Below, piece by piece: positions 57,009 to 59,242 of a stretch of 59,242 bases of DNA. The notes under the pieces were generated by a model, which was not told the DNA's origin, did no database searches, and saw only the letters and a program-made list of their open reading frames with translations. The DNA comes from an uncultured Rickettsiales bacterium. GTDB taxonomy: Bacteria; Pseudomonadota; Alphaproteobacteria; Rickettsiales; JABCZZ01. A program made the position numbers and the translations under genes. Every line of letters starts with the position of its first letter. The first letter of the stretch is position 1. The stretch lies in contig CAYVTI010000010.1 in NCBI GenBank assembly GCA_964454545.1, positions 1 to 59,242 of the forward strand, in the 5' to 3' direction.

Positions 57009-58066
57009 CCTCTGAAAAGATACCATTCGCTTTCAATCTGCCTTACAATCAATCCTCCAACTACTGGCTTTCCGTTTTTCCCTTCAATGACGATCCCGCT
57101 TTTATAAAGTCGCTTGTCGTTTTCGGCATGAAAAAGCTGGATACCACCAATACGTCCTATGTATTGCATGTAGCAGGTCCGTGGGAGCCGAAATGGAAAG
57201 AGATGCGCCGGATAATCCAGGCTCATGATATGGCGGACAAGGCTCAGGTCACCCTGCTTATCGGAGATACGCAGCCAGACCCAAAGGAATTCGATTTCGC
57301 AAGGAAGAGCATCAGCGTTCTGGACAAGATGGCGGACAGCCTCTGGCTGGGCGAGGCGCTGCTTGAAGACCGCATCGTTTGTTATATGCAGCCGGTCCTC
57401 GACAAGCGTGGAAAAATATTCGGCTATGAAGCATTTGCGCGCATGGAAACGCCGGATTCCATCGTCAGTGGCGGAAAAATCATTGAGGCAAGCAAATATC
57501 TGAATGCGGAGTACATGCTGGATCGCTATCTGCATCTCAAGGCAATCAAAACTTTTATCTCAAGCGATCTGGACGGTTTCCTTTTTATCAATCTCATACC
57601 GGGTTTTATCCACCGTCCGGAGAAATATCTCGAAGGGCTTTCCGAAGCCGCGAAATTCAACGGCATGCCCGCGAAGCAAATCGTGCTTGATTTTACTCAT
57701 TCCGAGACTCCACGCGACATATCGCACTTGAAAGCGATTTTCGATTACTGCCGCTCGCGCGGCTATCTGCTGTCTCTTGACGACATGTCCTCGGTTTCGG
57801 TGGCGCACAAGATTCTCGAAACCGTACACCCGGACTTCATAAAACTGGATGTGGATCTGGTGCATAATTCCTCGGGAGCGAAAGAACTGCGCATCATAAG
57901 CGAACTGGTTGCAATGGCACACGCCGCCGGTTCCACCCTGATCGCGGAAGGGGTAGAAACGGAAGCGACGCATGCGGAACTTTTAAAAGCAGGCGTTGAC
58001 CTGTTTCAGGGATATTTCTTCTCTCCCCCAGTGGCAGTTTCCAAGCTTAAGAACGCTGTAGGATAG
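57005..58066 (+). CDS. EAL-domain protein (putative c-di-GMP phosphodiesterase) with an uncharacterised ~110-aa N-terminal region
   Basis: YMQPV.......FGYEAFAR (EAL-loop equivalent E-A-F), ...INL, LDD..S......L....PDFIKLD, IAEGVET and QGYFFS.P. The ATG overlaps the astB stop (ATGA). Confidence 0.85.
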   Translation: MTSEKIPFAFNLPYNQSSNYWLSVFPFNDDPAFIKSLVVFGMKKLDTTNTSYVLHVAGPWEPKWKEMRRIIQAHDMADKAQVTLLIGDTQPDPKEFDFARKSISVLDKMADSLWLGEALLEDRIVCYMQPVLDKRGKIFGYEAFARMETPDSIVSGGKIIEASKYLNAEYMLDRYLHLKAIKTFISSDLDGFLFINLIPGFIHRPEKYLEGLSEAAKFNGMPAKQIVLDFTHSETPRDISHLKAIFDYCRSRGYLLSLDDMSSVSVAHKILETVHPDFIKLDVDLVHNSSGAKELRIISELVAMAHAAGSTLIAEGVETEATHAELLKAGVDLFQGYFFSPPVAVSKLKNAVG

Positions 58067-58071
58067 TTTCA

Positions 58072-59242
58072 ATGAAGCGGTTCGATACCCGTAGTGCCTC
58101 CTCGCATAAGATTGCGGGACAATTCATTACTATCGCAGCGCTGTTATTAACATGCATTATGCCGCCTCAGGTGCAAGCATCTCCAAGCGATCTGCTGGTA
58201 GACGGCATTCAAGGTAAAGCCTATGGGCTAAATAACGAAAAGAATTTTCTGTTTATCGAAACAGATAACAGTTTATTTCTTGTCAACCTCAATGCCAATA
58301 CATGGCATCCGCAAGAAATAAAAGGCATTCCTGCTGGCAATGTCTTTTCCAAATTTTACGTTACAGACGACCAGCGAAAATTGTTTCTTATCACAAGTGA
58401 TACAGTGTACCTAGTAAACCTTACAGACCAGGATCTGGAAGCAAAAACAATATATAATTATAAAACCCCGGACACTTCAGAAGTCCAGAGCATTGACTTC
58501 GTAAATAACGACAAGACTCTGCTGGCAGTAGAATACCGGCTCTGGCCGCATTCTTCCGGTATAACATTTCTCAGTATTGATTATGACAGGCTGAAAGTAA
58601 AATCAGTAGATATCCCTGGATGCGGAGGATATGCAGTCACCACCGGCAAGAAAAAACTTTTCATAGAAACAGAAGATGGGATATCTGTCATAAATCTTAC
58701 AGATAAAGAACTGAAAGAAGAACCGGTAAAAGATCTCATGGGAGATTATCAAGGAAAGAAAATTCCGTTAATCGGTAGGAATAATATCTATAACGACTTT
58801 TCCCGGGGTTCAGGCACAAGCCATACTTATATAGATGATAAGAAGAATCTGTTCATTATCACGGATAATGGCGTATTCCTGATCAATCTCGATGACCGCA
58901 CACTGCAATCACGGCGAATAAATAACATGCCGGAACAAGACACGAAGGCACATGCGTCTCATTCTCCTCCAGAACCAGAGGATTATTATGACAAAACCGA
59001 TTACAGGATCGTCTCCACCGTATATGGCGACGACAACAAGAAACTGTTGATGAATACAACGCTGGGGACATTCTTTGTAAATCTTGATAGTGATACATTG
59101 AAGGCGGAATTAATAAACGCTATCCCCAAAAATAATTTATGGAATGAATTTAAATTCCTATCCACTCCTGACGGGAAAACGCTTTTTGCAGGTGGAAGCA
59201 AATTATTTTCCATCGATACCGACGCAAAAACATGGGAGAAGA
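58072..59242 (+). CDS. Hypothetical exported repeat protein (beta-propeller-like), 5' part; runs off the window
   Basis: Open frame from the ATG at 58072 to the window end; not in the ORF track because there is no stop. Signal peptide ITIAALLLTCIMPPQVQA. At least six repeats of the type (K/N)LF(L/I)xTxxxx(F/Y)L(V/I)NL(x)D. Confidence 0.6.
   Translation, partial: MKRFDTRSASSHKIAGQFITIAALLLTCIMPPQVQASPSDLLVDGIQGKAYGLNNEKNFLFIETDNSLFLVNLNANTWHPQEIKGIPAGNVFSKFYVTDDQRKLFLITSDTVYLVNLTDQDLEAKTIYNYKTPDTSEVQSIDFVNNDKTLLAVEYRLWPHSSGITFLSIDYDRLKVKSVDIPGCGGYAVTTGKKKLFIETEDGISVINLTDKELKEEPVKDLMGDYQGKKIPLIGRNNIYNDFSRGSGTSHTYIDDKKNLFIITDNGVFLINLDDRTLQSRRINNMPEQDTKAHASHSPPEPEDYYDKTDYRIVSTVYGDDNKKLLMNTTLGTFFVNLDSDTLKAELINAIPKNNLWNEFKFLSTPDGKTLFAGGSKLFSIDTDAKTWEK

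Overview
This 59.2-kb chromosomal segment has alphaproteobacterial gene content and synteny. GC is about 50% by eye, with local departures. A housekeeping backbone is recognisable from the translations. It comprises kpsF', glcG-like, yejEF, ybaB-dnaX with the SRP RNA, tmk, xthA, yidD, rimP-nusA-infB-rbfA-truB-rpsO-pnp, holC, prfC, topA, an NDUFS4-like gene, phaAB, recN-ligA and tRNA-Ser(CGA). Accessory blocks interrupt this backbone:

- A TonB-dependent receptor with a YfiR/DUF4154-like partner.
- An orphan four-gene operon (25227-28661, minus strand) encoding glycine-zipper/coiled-coil membrane proteins with no family I can name. This is my best candidate for an undescribed system.
- An orphan membrane-protein plus small acidic-protein pair (35444-37157) and a signal-peptide-bearing C26 amidotransferase.
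- Downstream of tRNA-Ser, a CusRS-like two-component system convergent with an RND efflux operon in RND-MFP-OMF order.
- A five-gene signalling module: CHASE3 hybrid kinase with three receivers, CheR, a receiver-less CheB, a REC-kinase and a single REC. No MCP, CheA or CheW is present.
- Tryptophanase, DUF3147, a lone astB translationally coupled to an EAL protein, and a low-GC secreted repeat protein that runs off the window.

Two sequence-level patterns are not explained by the gene list. First, short degenerate tandem heptanucleotide arrays recur at gene junctions, often directly 5' of start codons, and twice inside coding sequence. Second, ligA contains a sharp ~670-bp low-GC patch covering the adenylation domain. 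I found no CRISPR array, transposase, integrase or prophage genes. All functional calls rest on my reading of the translated ORFs and remembered family motifs. No database search was run.
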